From Aplysia californica (lineage: Eukaryota): a stretch of DNA of 64,000 bases. The stretch's first letter is position 1. Every line of letters begins with the position of its first letter. The notes beneath the pieces were generated by a model that saw only the letters and a program-made list of their open reading frames with translations, was not told the origin of the DNA and did no database searches. This document shows positions 62,811-64,000 of the stretch, piece by piece. The stretch lies in assembly GCF_000002075.1 (NCBI RefSeq), contig NW_004797468.1:957118-1021117 (forward strand), written 5' to 3'. The translations under genes and the position numbers were made by a program.

Positions 62811-63618
62811 GTACCTTTTCTTATTGTAGACAGATAGTCTGTTTCCTTGATGATTTTACACTTTTCTTAAACAGTTTTGGACTTTCAAGTCTTATCTACT
62901 TTCCCTTATATTACTCAAACAAATGTATAATTTTTTTATGCGTTTAAGAAAATAAAACTTTTAAAATTTTCGATTCTTGAACTACTCTGTTTACCTCTGA
63001 TCAAAAATTTTAACTTAACCATTTAGGTTGGATTTAACACTTTCCACCCACGCAGCTCACAGAACGCACAGCACTTGTCCCCACGTACCAGGATGCAGAT
63101 TGGCTACGTCAGTACTACCCCTGTGTCTCTGCAAAAAATACCCCAACCGCCATGAAATTTTTAGCATGCTGAGAAAATTGAAAGTGACGATCACATGTTC
63201 ATCAAAAAAGGAATTAGAATTGGAACTGAAAACGTTAGATCTAGCTCATTTATCACCTGAATTCTCCTCATGGCGTAAGAGTAAAGCAGCACTCATGCTA
63301 GGTCTACTTGACATTTTTCAAACAAAATTTACTCCAATTGTTTTATGCAAACTGATTTTAGACCTCAAAGACCACACAAACCATTCTTAAAGGAAATTTA
63401 ACTTTAACAAGTGCGCATGTCAAAAAGGAGACCATTGCTACAACATTTGTGTTGCCAGATCACACCGTGGCCGATCAGTGCCCCGTGGGGGCAAAGTGTT
63501 TAGTGAACTTGTTTCATGTGTATGGAGGTGTCTGAGATGAACTGATTGTATTTTGTTTGAAAACTTGATGGCTCAATCCATATTGTTGCTACTTGCCATT
63601 ACTTGTGATGTTTTTCAG

Positions 63619-63805
63619 AGTGTGTTGAGGCCCTTGAAAGGTTATGCTGCATCCAGCCGTACTACGATAAGTTTTGGCGTCAGCTCGGTGGTGCCTATAT
63701 GAAGCTGACGTCTGAACTCTCATCAATCAATGCCTCAGACCACACTTCTTCTTGCACTGCAGGAGAATACCTGGAACTGGCCTTGACATGTTTTGTGCGA
63801 GCCAG
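63619..63805 (+). CDS. C8orf76: C8orf76-like exon 5 (ECVEALERLCCIQPYYDKFWRQLGGAYMKL...LALTCFVRAR); gene continues beyond the window
   Basis: tttttcag|AG...GCC AG|gtatgt; 187 nt. Matches [23 protein letters not shown] and ACASFIRTR. Confidence 0.88.
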
Positions 63806-64000
63806 GTATGTTTTCAACGAAAATAAACCCTTCTGAATAATGATTAATTGTAGTGGTGGGTAGCAAAGATAGTGTCAGGAGACAGATTGCTTCAGTTGTT
63901 GTCAAGCAGGAATCTCTCAGTTAGTAGTTGTCAAAAGGGATTCAGCTGTGTTACTTGCTCAACACCCTTTCCTTAAATGAAGCAAGCCATCCTGCAGTTG

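Overview
This is animal genomic DNA from a gapped draft assembly: spliceosomal GT-AG introns, many microsatellites beside N-gaps, SINEs, LINEs and MITEs. The repeat style suggests an invertebrate, possibly a gastropod mollusc (inference). Four genes are supported. (1) A complete 5-exon LSM4 lies on the minus strand (45107-56489). (2) A C8orf76-like helical-repeat gene lies head-to-head with it on the plus strand; the two ATGs are 495 bp apart, five exons are visible and the gene runs off the right edge. (3) A single-exon 773-aa disordered ORF (34923-37244, +) carries PP1-docking-like motifs. (4) A 374-codon terminal exon (14234-15358, -) encodes a Ser/Arg-rich protein whose C-terminus resembles the CCDC190 motif. 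The rest is mobile and repetitive DNA: a degenerate DD34D mariner, two copies of a TA-flanked Tigger/pogo-like element (one with a nested insertion, the other showing the empty site), a multi-copy MITE, piggyBac-like and hAT-like non-autonomous elements, L2-like, RTE and I-like LINE fragments, tRNA-derived SINEs and several minisatellites. No prokaryotic systems, CRISPR arrays, rRNA or intact tRNA genes were seen. All homology calls come from recalled sequence, not database searches.
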